Positions 1 to 6,746 of a DNA stretch of 13,519 bases are shown in pieces. This DNA is from Candidatus Undinarchaeota archaeon. GTDB lineage: Archaea; SpSt-1190. Positions within the stretch are counted from its first letter, which is position 1. Each line of letters starts with the position of its first letter. The translations under genes and the position numbers were made by a program. The notes beneath the pieces were generated by a model. The model did no database searches and was not told the DNA's origin. It saw nothing but the letters and a program-made list of their open reading frames with translations. The stretch spans positions 1 through 13,519 of the forward strand of contig CAYVAH010000022.1 in the NCBI GenBank assembly GCA_964449215.1, in the 5' to 3' direction.

Positions 1-543
1 GGGGATGCCAAGGAGAAATACGCAAAGGAGTTCGAGGATTCAATGATTCACGGGATTGGTGAGGGATACAAAACGGTTCTTGAATCCCGCAGTGCTAAAG
101 ACATACAAAAAGGTAAGTTTAAGATACTTGAAGAAAATTTACCTCCTTCGGGGTTTCCAGAAGTGACGGAGCTTGGAAAGGTATGGGGTGCACTCCTCTG
201 TTCTTATAGATACTTCAGGGAAGACCTTGGTAAGAGTTTCAAGGGCGTGAAATATTACCCTGATGACCTCAAGAAGAAGCTTCCTGTTGCCAAGAATAGC
301 TATCAGGGTGAATACGTTCTGAAATGGGAGAAAAATAATAAGGAATACGGTGCCCCCCTAGAAGGTATTGGTAGAATGTGGTATCGAGTGAAACTAATTA
401 ACAACGAGGAATTGGCGGAGATGTCAAAGAGTTTCTATCCTATATATACGGGAGAAAGAACAAAGGAACGTAAAAAGGCTCTCGAAGAGTTCCAAAAGGC
501 GATCAAGGGTTACATCAAGGGTATTATTGAGGGGAAGATTTAA
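1..543 (+). CDS. Hypothetical protein, 5'-truncated; the open frame runs from position 1 with no start inside the window boundary
   Basis: Frame 1 is open from nt 1 to the TAA at 541-543, continuing upstream of the ATG at 43 that the ORF track used. Basic/acidic composition with no family motif I recognise. An oligo-T tract follows immediately. Confidence 0.5.
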   Translation, partial: GDAKEKYAKEFEDSMIHGIGEGYKTVLESRSAKDIQKGKFKILEENLPPSGFPEVTELGKVWGALLCSYRYFREDLGKSFKGVKYYPDDLKKKLPVAKNSYQGEYVLKWEKNNKEYGAPLEGIGRMWYRVKLINNEELAEMSKSFYPIYTGERTKERKKALEEFQKAIKGYIKGIIEGKI

Positions 544-544
544 C

Positions 545-561
545 TCCTCTTTTTATTTTTA
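545..561 (+). terminator. Oligo-T tract (ctctttttatttttacc), putative archaeal intrinsic terminator for the upstream + gene
   Basis: Seen directly: a T5AT5 run right after the TAA stop at 541-543. Archaeal RNAP terminates at oligo-T runs. It sits between convergent gene ends. Confidence 0.45.
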
Positions 562-1221
562 CCACCTGAGCAGGTGGGGCTTGAACTCCTTCAATGCCTC
601 CCCCAGGGCCAGGGTGAACGGTTCTGGCCCGCATATGTATATGGCGTAGCCGGCGGGGTCCACGTGCTGCTCCACAAGCTCCCTGTTGATTCTCCCGCTG
701 TGATAGCCTTCCCGTTCTTCCCTTGTGAGCGTTATTACCACCCTTGACCTTCTCAGGCGTTCCAGCTCCTCCCTGAAGCCAACCTCAGCGAGCCTGCGGG
801 CGGAAATGAACAGCACCACTTCCTTGTCCAGTCCTTCCTCAACGGCCCTGACAAGGGCAACAAAGGCGGCCATACCCGAGCCACCGCTCAGGCAGAGCAG
901 TTTCTTTTCCTCGAACCGCGCTTCCACAAACGGGCCCTTGACCTCCACTGGGTCCCCGACCCTGGCTCCCTTGAGCTTTCCACTCATCTCGCCTCCCGGC
1001 TTCATCCGGATGAACATCTCCAGCAGGTTTCCGGGCCGGTGGTTGCACACCGTGTAGGAGCGCTCTGTTCCGCGGTAGAGAAGGTTGATAAACTGTCCCG
1101 GGGCGAACTGCATGGGCTTCTCCAGTTTCACCCGGGCTTCCAGGGACTCATCACTGAGCCACTTAAGTTCCGCGAATCTTCCCTTCACAGCTTCCACATA
1201 TAACAGGCCAGGGGCATACAT
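559..1221 (-). CDS. FNR-family FAD/NAD(P)-binding oxidoreductase (ferredoxin-NADP reductase-like flavoprotein), 220 aa
   Basis: RSYTV (the RxY[ST] FAD-binding motif). GGSGMAAF (GGxGxxP-type NAD(P)-binding motif). C-terminal YICGPEPF (CGP motif), closing the FNR fold. No C-terminal Cys cluster, so it is not a PyrK-like or hydrogenase gamma-type Fe-S subunit. Confidence 0.75.
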   Translation of the reverse strand: MYAPGLLYVEAVKGRFAELKWLSDESLEARVKLEKPMQFAPGQFINLLYRGTERSYTVCNHRPGNLLEMFIRMKPGGEMSGKLKGARVGDPVEVKGPFVEARFEEKKLLCLSGGSGMAAFVALVRAVEEGLDKEVVLFISARRLAEVGFREELERLRRSRVVITLTREEREGYHSGRINRELVEQHVDPAGYAIYICGPEPFTLALGEALKEFKPHLLRW

Positions 1222-1254
1222 AAAAGCTTTTAAGGCGAAGTTCCTGCCCCTTTA

Positions 1255-1998
1255 GTGCCATCCCAAAATAGTTACGTGGTGGTGGACTGGGACCACACCC
1301 TCACCGACCCGGGTCGGGTCCTCCACGAGAGCTGGGCCTCCAAGAGCCTGGGGAAGGTTGTGAGGGATGCCCCCCTGGTGAAGAAGCCATTTTTCGCTTT
1401 TCTGTACGGGGTGCTCAAGCTGGCGGAGCTTTACAGGTTGGATGGCAGTCCCGGGTCTTTTCCCATCCGTGCTGCCGAAGCGCTCTCCAGGTGCATAGAC
1501 AGAAAGAACATGTATTTGTCCCCCGAAGAATTCAGGCCCAATGCCCCCGTGGTCGGGTTGCTGAAGGAGCTTAAGGGCCAGGGCTATGGTGTGGTGGTTC
1601 TGACTTCCTCTCCTTCTTTTGTGGTGGAGAGGTGGCTTGAGGACGCCGGTATTGAGGTGGATGCTGTGAAGGGTCTGGAGTTGCTTTTCAAGGATGGGAA
1701 GGTTGCCGGGATAGACCGGAGGGACAGGTATTCATCCATCATGGCTGGCGAAGGTGCCGGGGCGGCGAAGTCCTACTATGCTTCCCATCTGGTCAAGAAC
1801 GGTTACAGGGTTGTGGGATCAGTGGGGAACTCGAAGGCTGACCTTGTTGCGCCGGTTAACCTCTACCTTCCCATCGGCGGTCGCCCCATGATTGTTTACA
1901 GGTGGGGGAGCCGTTATGTCCGGGACCTCAGGGAGTTTCTCAAGGAGCTGTCCAGGCATTCGCTCGAACAATATGCCACGGTCCCGAATGATTTTTAA
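1255..1998 (+). CDS. HAD-superfamily hydrolase/phosphatase, 247 aa, GTG start
   Basis: All four HAD motifs are present. Motif I is VVVDWDHTLTD (DxDxT). Motif II is VVVLTSSP. A conserved K lies downstream. Motif IV is VGNSKAD. An A/T box sits about 25 bp upstream of the GTG at 1255. Confidence 0.8.
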   Translation: MPSQNSYVVVDWDHTLTDPGRVLHESWASKSLGKVVRDAPLVKKPFFAFLYGVLKLAELYRLDGSPGSFPIRAAEALSRCIDRKNMYLSPEEFRPNAPVVGLLKELKGQGYGVVVLTSSPSFVVERWLEDAGIEVDAVKGLELLFKDGKVAGIDRRDRYSSIMAGEGAGAAKSYYASHLVKNGYRVVGSVGNSKADLVAPVNLYLPIGGRPMIVYRWGSRYVRDLREFLKELSRHSLEQYATVPNDF

Positions 1999-2004
1999 TG
2001 TGCT

Positions 2005-2373
2005 GTGTTCCTCAAAGCTATGGAACGGGCGGAATTCATAGTTGAAGCTGATGGGTGGAAAACATTTTACAGGATGAGATACGACGGCAAGAGGGAAAAG
2101 CTCCTCGCCTTCTCTTCACTGGTTGAGGGGACGACCCACAAAAAGGTCGGTGACCTGTTCCCGGAACTGAAGCCCTCCGTGGATGTCAGGGCCTTTGAGT
2201 CTCTGGCGAAGGAGGTCTCGAAGCTCGCCAAAAAGGTGGTGAAGGGTGCAGGTGTCAGCAAGGACTACTCCAAATTTGCGGAGATGTGGGCTGCCCGGGA
2301 GATACTGGCGGCTGCAGGGTTGAAGCTCGTTCCGGAAAGCAGGGACCTGAAAAAGATACTGAAAAAGATATAA
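2005..2373 (+). CDS. Hypothetical protein (122 aa from GTG 2005, or 117 aa from ATG 2020)
   Basis: Clean ORF with codon usage like its neighbours, lysine-rich C-terminus, no motif I recognise. It sits 6 bp downstream of the HAD gene, so it may be cotranscribed. Confidence 0.45.
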   Translation: MFLKAMERAEFIVEADGWKTFYRMRYDGKREKLLAFSSLVEGTTHKKVGDLFPELKPSVDVRAFESLAKEVSKLAKKVVKGAGVSKDYSKFAEMWAAREILAAAGLKLVPESRDLKKILKKI

Positions 2374-2379
2374 CTGGGT

Positions 2380-2601
2380 GTGACGGAGATTTACGTGTTC
2401 GAAACCATTGCAGTGGTCTCCCTGCTCTTCTTCGTCCTGGTTCTCTACATAATTGTGAGGCAGAATGCCTTCAGGTTCCTTTTCCAAATAGGATTGGCGC
2501 TCCTCCTGGCCTACATGTTCAAGCTCCTGGGGTATGCCGAGTTCTTTGCCTTCATAGGTGTTGGCATAACATTGAGCCTCGCATACTTCATGAAAAAATA
2601 G
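2380..2601 (+). CDS. Small hypothetical membrane protein (73 aa, two predicted TM helices), GTG start
   Basis: Two hydrophobic stretches (IAVVSLLFFVLVLYIIV and FAFIGVGITLSLAYF). Begins 6 nt after the previous stop. A T7 run follows its TAG stop. Confidence 0.4.
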   Translation: MTEIYVFETIAVVSLLFFVLVLYIIVRQNAFRFLFQIGLALLLAYMFKLLGYAEFFAFIGVGITLSLAYFMKK

Positions 2602-3504
2602 CTATTTTTTCTTCTTCTTTTTCTCGAGTGCGAGGGTTGAGTCTCCCATAAGCCCGCTCAGGTGGAGGGCTGCCGTTTCTTCCGCGCCTTTCTCAACTCC
2701 TCCCGGAAGCTTGGGGAACTTCATCGGGAAAACTATTTTGGTGCTTTCTCCCTTCGCCAGCTCCGGCAGTGCCTCCTTTATGTAGAGGTATTGCAGTGCC
2801 TTGTCGTCGAGCTTGCTCGCCGCCTCTGCCACGGCCTCTATGAGGGTGCGCTGTGCCCTTGCCTTGTATTGGGCGGCCGCCCACTCCTCCTTGGCCGTTC
2901 TGCGGAAGTGCATGGCCTTCTGTATTGGCTCAGGTATGCGAATGCGCTGGACTTCCACATCCACGACGGTGATCCCCCAGTCTTCCGTCATCGGTTCTAT
3001 CTTCACCTTCACAATGTCATTCACCTTTTCAATCTCCGAGTAGAGCTCATTTAGGGTGAGGTTGCTGGCTATATCTCGCAGGGCAGCATAGACGTAGCCC
3101 ATGACGGTCTCCTGAAAGTCCTTCACTGCCAGCACCGCCTTCTCGGGGTTCTTTATCTTGTAATAGACTATCATGTCTATATTCACGCGAATCTCGTCCG
3201 CCGTTATGACTTCCTGCGGGGGGATGTCCATTTTCTGCACACGGAGGTCAAGCTTTATTGCACTCTCAAAGAAGGGTATGACTATAATCCACCCGGGTCC
3301 GGCTATGCGGTGGAAATGTCCGAGGCGGAATATTGCCAGCCTTTCATATTCCTTTACCTCGTTTATCACGCCAACGGCGGTGAGTATCTGCAGCAGGATT
3401 ACAAACCCCAAGGCCACCAGAATAATCTGGGCGTATTCCCTTGCTACAGGGACAAACCATAGCAGCAGGGTTGTGAGAATTATAACGAGAAGCACACTCT
3501 CCAT
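2602..3504 (-). CDS. Stomatin/prohibitin-family (SPFH, band 7) membrane protein with a C-terminal poly-Lys tail
   Basis: N-terminal TM helix followed by the canonical stomatin signature (ERLAIFRLGHFHRIAGPGWIIVIPFFESAIKLDLRVQKMDIPPQEV...). The ATG at 3504 (MESVLLV...) is the likely start. The track ORF extends to 3621 across the divergent promoter. Ends ...EKKKKKK. Confidence 0.85.
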   Translation of the reverse strand: MESVLLVIILTTLLLWFVPVAREYAQIILVALGFVILLQILTAVGVINEVKEYERLAIFRLGHFHRIAGPGWIIVIPFFESAIKLDLRVQKMDIPPQEVITADEIRVNIDMIVYYKIKNPEKAVLAVKDFQETVMGYVYAALRDIASNLTLNELYSEIEKVNDIVKVKIEPMTEDWGITVVDVEVQRIRIPEPIQKAMHFRRTAKEEWAAAQYKARAQRTLIEAVAEAASKLDDKALQYLYIKEALPELAKGESTKIVFPMKFPKLPGGVEKGAEETAALHLSGLMGDSTLALEKKKKKK

Positions 3505-3565
3505 CTCAGTGTGAATAACTTTCTGGACTTCATCGGAAGCCTTGCCCACACCAAAAATAGTAAGG

Positions 3566-3580
3566 GAAATATAAAAGACT
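3566..3580. promoter_or_regulatory. Shared divergent A/T box (gggaaatataaaagact): TATA element for gatE (+) and, reading the other strand, for the stomatin gene
   Basis: The only A/T-rich patch in the 90-bp gap between divergent genes. Its centre lies about 25 bp upstream of the GTG at 3595/3598, as expected for a leaderless archaeal mRNA. Confidence 0.5.
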
Positions 3581-3594
3581 TGTCTAACCCTTCT

Positions 3595-5283
3595 GTGGTG
3601 AAAATAGGGCTGGAAATGCACCAGCAGCTGGATACCGGGAAGCTCTTCTGCAGGTGCCCGTCCGAGCTCAGTGATGAGTATGATTTCAGTTTTACAAGGG
3701 TTCTCCGTCCCGTGGTCAGTGAGCTCGGGCGGGTTGACAGAGCCGCCCTGGTGGAGGCCCGCCGTGGCAGGAGAATAACGTATTTTGCCAGCACTCGCAA
3801 TTCATGTGCTGTTGAGTGGGACGAGGAGCCGCCACACGAGCCGGATGCTGAAGCGATTGCTGTGGCGTCTCAGATAGCGAGGCTGATGAACGCCAAGCTC
3901 GTTGATGAAGTCCATTTTATGCGGAAGATTCTCATAGATGGTTCTGCCGTTACGGGTTTTCAGCGGACGGCTCTCATAGCAACAGATGGAGAGGTGGAGG
4001 GTGTGAAAATATCGACGGTATGCCTGGAGGAGGACTCCGCCCGGCCTGTTGCCGGGGGGTTCAACCTCGACCGCCTCGGGATACCGCTCGTTGAGGTGGC
4101 GACCGAGCCTTCCATGACGAGTGGGGAGGAGGCCAAGAAGGTGGCGAAGAAGCTAGGGACTATCTTCCGCATGGCCAAGGTCCGCAGGGGTCTCGGGACA
4201 ATCAGGCAGGACCTCAACGTGTCAATACCGGGAGGTGCAAGAGTCGAGATAAAGGGGGTTCAGGAGCTCAACCTGATACCCACCATTGTGAAGTTTGAGG
4301 TCGCGAGGCAGGAGAGACTCCTCCAGTTGAGGGAGAGATTTTCTGCCAGGTTCAGCCGGATTGAAGATGTTACCGGACTGTTCAAGTCCTCAAAGAGCCG
4401 GGTATTCCGGGGAAAGAAGGTCTATGCTGCTGTGATGAGGGGAGCCTCCGGTCTTTTTGCAGAGAGGCTTCATGCCCGGAAGCACGTGGGAAAGGAGATA
4501 GCGGAATACGTGAAATCCTTTGGTTACGGGGGATTTACGCATTCTGATGAAAAGGGATTTGAGGCGTCAAAGCTGAGGAAAGCCCTGAGGGCACACAAAG
4601 ATGACCTGATAATTCTCGCGGCGGGTGACAGGCGCATAATCGAGCTGGTGAAGGAAAGGGTCCGCCAGTTCTCTGCGGGGATTCCGGAGGATACGAGGCG
4701 TGCGAACCCCGATGGTTCCACGAGCTTCCTCCGTCCACTCCCAACCGGTGCCAGGATGTACCCCGAGACCGACATACCCCCGTTCCGTATGCCCGATGTC
4801 CGTCCCCTTGAGACCCCCGCCCAGAGGCTCGAGAAGCTGAAAAGACTTATGCCCCGTGAGATAGCGAAGAAGCTCTATCTCAGCCCGGATTATCATCTCT
4901 TTGAGGAACTTGGCGGGGAACCTGTGCTCGGGGTGGTCATAACGGAATACCTGCCGGCACTCCGCAGGAAGGGGTTCTCGCCCTCCAAAGAGCATATTGC
5001 AGAGATACTTGAACTCTACAGGTCGGGGAAACTGGCAAAGGATGCCCTGTTCGAGGCACTGAAAAGGAAGTGTTCCGGTGAAACGATAGACGCCCGCACG
5101 GTTGACCCCGGTGAAGTCAGGGAATTTGTGAGGAACCTCGTGCACGAGCGCAGGGACTATGTCCTTTCTTCTCCGAACCCGGTGAAGGGGTTGATGGGTC
5201 CAGTGATGAAAAAATACAGGGGGAAGCTCCCTGGCAAGTGGATTTCCCTGATAATCCGGGAGGAAATTGAAAAACTGAAATAG
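3595..5283 (+). CDS. gatE: Glutamyl-tRNA(Gln) amidotransferase subunit E (archaeal GatDE heterodimer)
   Basis: The N-terminus KIGLEMHQQLDTGKLFCRCPSE... matches the archaeal GatE start (conserved GLEIHQQL motif). Length and domain order fit GatE. The track start at 3511 would translate the promoter region. GTG 3595/3598 sits 25 bp downstream of the A/T box. Confidence 0.9.
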   Translation: MVKIGLEMHQQLDTGKLFCRCPSELSDEYDFSFTRVLRPVVSELGRVDRAALVEARRGRRITYFASTRNSCAVEWDEEPPHEPDAEAIAVASQIARLMNAKLVDEVHFMRKILIDGSAVTGFQRTALIATDGEVEGVKISTVCLEEDSARPVAGGFNLDRLGIPLVEVATEPSMTSGEEAKKVAKKLGTIFRMAKVRRGLGTIRQDLNVSIPGGARVEIKGVQELNLIPTIVKFEVARQERLLQLRERFSARFSRIEDVTGLFKSSKSRVFRGKKVYAAVMRGASGLFAERLHARKHVGKEIAEYVKSFGYGGFTHSDEKGFEASKLRKALRAHKDDLIILAAGDRRIIELVKERVRQFSAGIPEDTRRANPDGSTSFLRPLPTGARMYPETDIPPFRMPDVRPLETPAQRLEKLKRLMPREIAKKLYLSPDYHLFEELGGEPVLGVVITEYLPALRRKGFSPSKEHIAEILELYRSGKLAKDALFEALKRKCSGETIDARTVDPGEVREFVRNLVHERRDYVLSSPNPVKGLMGPVMKKYRGKLPGKWISLIIREEIEKLK

Positions 5284-5380
5284 TCAGAATGGGTCGGCAT
5301 CATCACCGTTCAGATACCCTAGGGTTCATCCCTTACAGGATTTCGGCAAACCATTATAACTTTACCCCTTTATTTGTTCC

Positions 5381-5569
5381 ATGAAAAGAGTCTTCCGGTG
5401 GCTGAAGCTCATCCTTCCCCTTGCGGCGCTTGGTTATGCCGCTTACTGGGGCTACACCACCGGAGAACTTTTAAATGTGGTGAACTGGCTCCTTAGTCAG
5501 GATATAGTCCTGCTCACAGTAGTCGCGGTGGTTGCTCTGGTGACACTCGCCGCGATAATGGGTGGATGA
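5381..5569 (+). CDS. Hypothetical 62-aa membrane protein with two TM helices, first gene of the rpl37ae-rpoP-pcc1-pfdB chain
   Basis: ATG at 5381 with ATTATAA centred about 25 bp upstream (5353-5359). Two hydrophobic helices. Its TGA stop (5567-5569) is 1 nt from the rpl37ae ATG at 5571. Confidence 0.45.
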   Translation: MKRVFRWLKLILPLAALGYAAYWGYTTGELLNVVNWLLSQDIVLLTVVAVVALVTLAAIMGG

Positions 5570-5570
5570 G

Positions 5571-5789
5571 ATGCCAAGGGAAAAAATGAAAACGGTCAAG
5601 CGTTTCGGTCCACGCTATGGTCTGAAGACCAGGCGGAGGCTCAATGAAATTGAAGGCAGCTACAGAGGGAAGAAGCTCCGCTGTTCCAAATGCGGTGCCA
5701 TGAAACTCAAACGTGTTGCCGCCGGTATCTGGCAGTGCTTGAAGTGCAGAAATAAGTTCGCTTCGCATGCTTACAGGGTGGTTGAATGA
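5571..5789 (+). CDS. rpl37ae: 50S ribosomal protein L37Ae (eL43)
   Basis: MPREKMKTVKRFGPRYGLKTRRRLNEIE... plus the C4 zinc ribbon (CSKCG...CLKCRNKF) typical of eL43. GGTGGA Shine-Dalgarno 5 nt upstream of ATG 5571. Alternative starts at GTG 5562 and ATG 5586. Confidence 0.85.
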   Translation: MPREKMKTVKRFGPRYGLKTRRRLNEIEGSYRGKKLRCSKCGAMKLKRVAAGIWQCLKCRNKFASHAYRVVE

Positions 5790-5926
5790 GCACATACCGG
5801 TGTCTGAAATGCGGGAAAGTGGTCAATGTGGATCTGAGGTATGAGAAGGTGAGGTGTCCATTTTGCGGCTACAAGATACTGGTGAAGATGAGACCCCCTG
5901 TGATGAAACATTTGAAGGCACGTTGA
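5786..5926 (+). CDS. rpoP: DNA-directed RNA polymerase subunit P (RpoP / Rpb12 / RPABC4 homolog), 46 aa. Absent from the ORF track because it is shorter than 60 aa
   Basis: Manual translation gives MSTYRCLKCGKVVNVDLRYEKVRCPFCGYKILVKMRPPVMKHLKAR*. The CxxC-x13-CxxC zinc ribbon and its length match archaeal RpoP. The start ATG overlaps the rpl37ae TGA (ATGA at 5786-5789). rpl37ae-rpoP adjacency is conserved across archaea. Confidence 0.8.
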   Translation: MSTYRCLKCGKVVNVDLRYEKVRCPFCGYKILVKMRPPVMKHLKAR

Positions 5927-6108
5927 AGCTGCCCGCCAGCCGGGAGGTTTACGAGGCACTGCTTCCGGAGGGTGTGCCGATGGAGTTCAACGGTTCGGAG
6001 ATTCATGTTCGTTTCGGTTCGGGCAGCCTCAAGGGTTTGAAGGTTGCTCTGAACTCCTGGTTGAGGCTGTATGAGGCCCTTCGGGGCGTGGAAAAGGAGG
6101 GAAGGTAA
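5923..6108 (+). CDS. pcc1: KEOPS complex subunit Pcc1 (t6A tRNA-modification complex). TTG start overlaps the rpoP stop (TTGA). The alternative GTG 5854 gives 84 aa
   Basis: The C-terminal half SLKGLKVALNSWLRLYEAL matches the Pcc1 signature helix (LRAxVNSxLRxxxxA). LKLPASREVYEAL aligns with the Pcc1 beta1-alpha1 region. The position between rpoP and pfdB is the conserved one. GGAGGG SD upstream of the next gene. Confidence 0.55.
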   Translation: MKLPASREVYEALLPEGVPMEFNGSEIHVRFGSGSLKGLKVALNSWLRLYEALRGVEKEGR

Positions 6109-6437
6109 TGAAGGAAAAAATGAGCCCACAGCAGAAGTATGCACTTACGCAGATCAACATCTACCAGCAGCAGATACAGGTGCTGATAGCGCAAAGGCAG
6201 CAGCTGGAGTTGCAGTTGAAGGAAGTGGAAATTGCTCGAGAGGAGCTTGAGAAGGAGGAGGCAGAGGAAGTTTACAAGGCGATAGGTCCTGCCCTGATAA
6301 AGAAAAGGAAGGAGGCGGTGATAAAGGACCTGGAGGAAGCCGGGCAGAAGCTCGAGTCACGCATAAAAACTATAAAAACACAGGAAAAGAAGTTATCTGA
6401 CAAGATAAAGGAACTCAGCTCTAAGCTGGAGGGGTGA
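6108..6437 (+). CDS. pfdB: Prefoldin subunit beta
   Basis: Coiled-coil/beta-hairpin/coiled-coil layout with QQKYALTQINIYQQQIQVLIAQRQQLELQLKE at the N-terminus, typical of archaeal PfdB. The ATG overlaps the pcc1 TAA (TAATG). GGAGGG SD 8 nt upstream. Confidence 0.85.
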   Translation: MKEKMSPQQKYALTQINIYQQQIQVLIAQRQQLELQLKEVEIAREELEKEEAEEVYKAIGPALIKKRKEAVIKDLEEAGQKLESRIKTIKTQEKKLSDKIKELSSKLEG

Positions 6438-6439
6438 GC

Positions 6440-6700
6440 ATGGAAGAGCTTGACAGGGCGCTTGAGATTCTCGAGCGCATCGTGGAGGATGCCACCGTCC
6501 CGAAGAACATAAAGGAGGTTTGCAGGTCTTCCATAGAGCGCCTTAACAAGGGGGATGAGAAGCTTCACATCCGAATAGGCGCCGTGATAAATATGCTGGA
6601 TGAGCTGAGTCAGGACCCGAACCTTCCTTTTCACACCCGGACCCAGATATGGGAGGTGGCTTCCCTCTTGGAGACTGCCTCCGGGAAATCCTCACCGTAA
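6440..6700 (+). CDS. UPF0147-family small protein (archaeal conserved, usually adjacent to pfdB)
   Basis: MEELDRALEILERIVEDATVPKNIKEVCRSSIERL...DELSQDPNLPFHTRTQIWEVASLLE resembles the UPF0147 family (DPNMPxHxRTxIW core). ATG is 3 nt after the pfdB stop, with a GGAGGGG SD. Confidence 0.6.
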   Translation: MEELDRALEILERIVEDATVPKNIKEVCRSSIERLNKGDEKLHIRIGAVINMLDELSQDPNLPFHTRTQIWEVASLLETASGKSSP

Positions 6701-6709
6701 CTGGAAATG

Positions 6710-6718
6710 TTAATATAT
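6710..6718 (+). promoter_or_regulatory. TATA-like box (ttaatatat) upstream of the sepF-like gene
   Basis: A/T box 29-37 bp upstream of ATG 6747, preceded by the purine-rich ggaaatg (BRE-like). A GGTGA SD-like motif lies between the box and the ATG. Confidence 0.4.
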
Positions 6719-6746
6719 CCCCCCTGCTAGTTTTTCAGGTGATTGA

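Noticed and set aside
562-577. Inverted repeat ccacctg-agc-caggtgg
   Set aside because: It lies inside the last codons (LLRW) of the FNR-like gene rather than downstream of a stop. No T-run on the relevant strand.
3511-3594. N-terminal extension of gatE (MNNFLDFIGSLAHTKNSKGNIKDLSNPSV)
   Set aside because: It translates the AT-rich divergent promoter. The conserved GatE N-terminus begins at KIGLEMHQQ, and the A/T box sits 25 bp upstream of GTG 3595/3598.
4567-5145. 192-aa minus-strand ORF (plus the 83- and 69-aa ORFs nearby)
   Set aside because: Antisense to gatE, whose identity is secure. No start-site signals.
5285-5320. Possible C/D box sRNA on the minus strand (CUGA..GUGAUGA-12nt-CUGA)
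   Set aside because: A C-box-like GUGAUGA followed by a 12-nt spacer and CUGA is present. No C'/D pair with a second guide is found on either side (the downstream side is gatE coding without UGAUGA), and there is no terminal stem. Probably chance.
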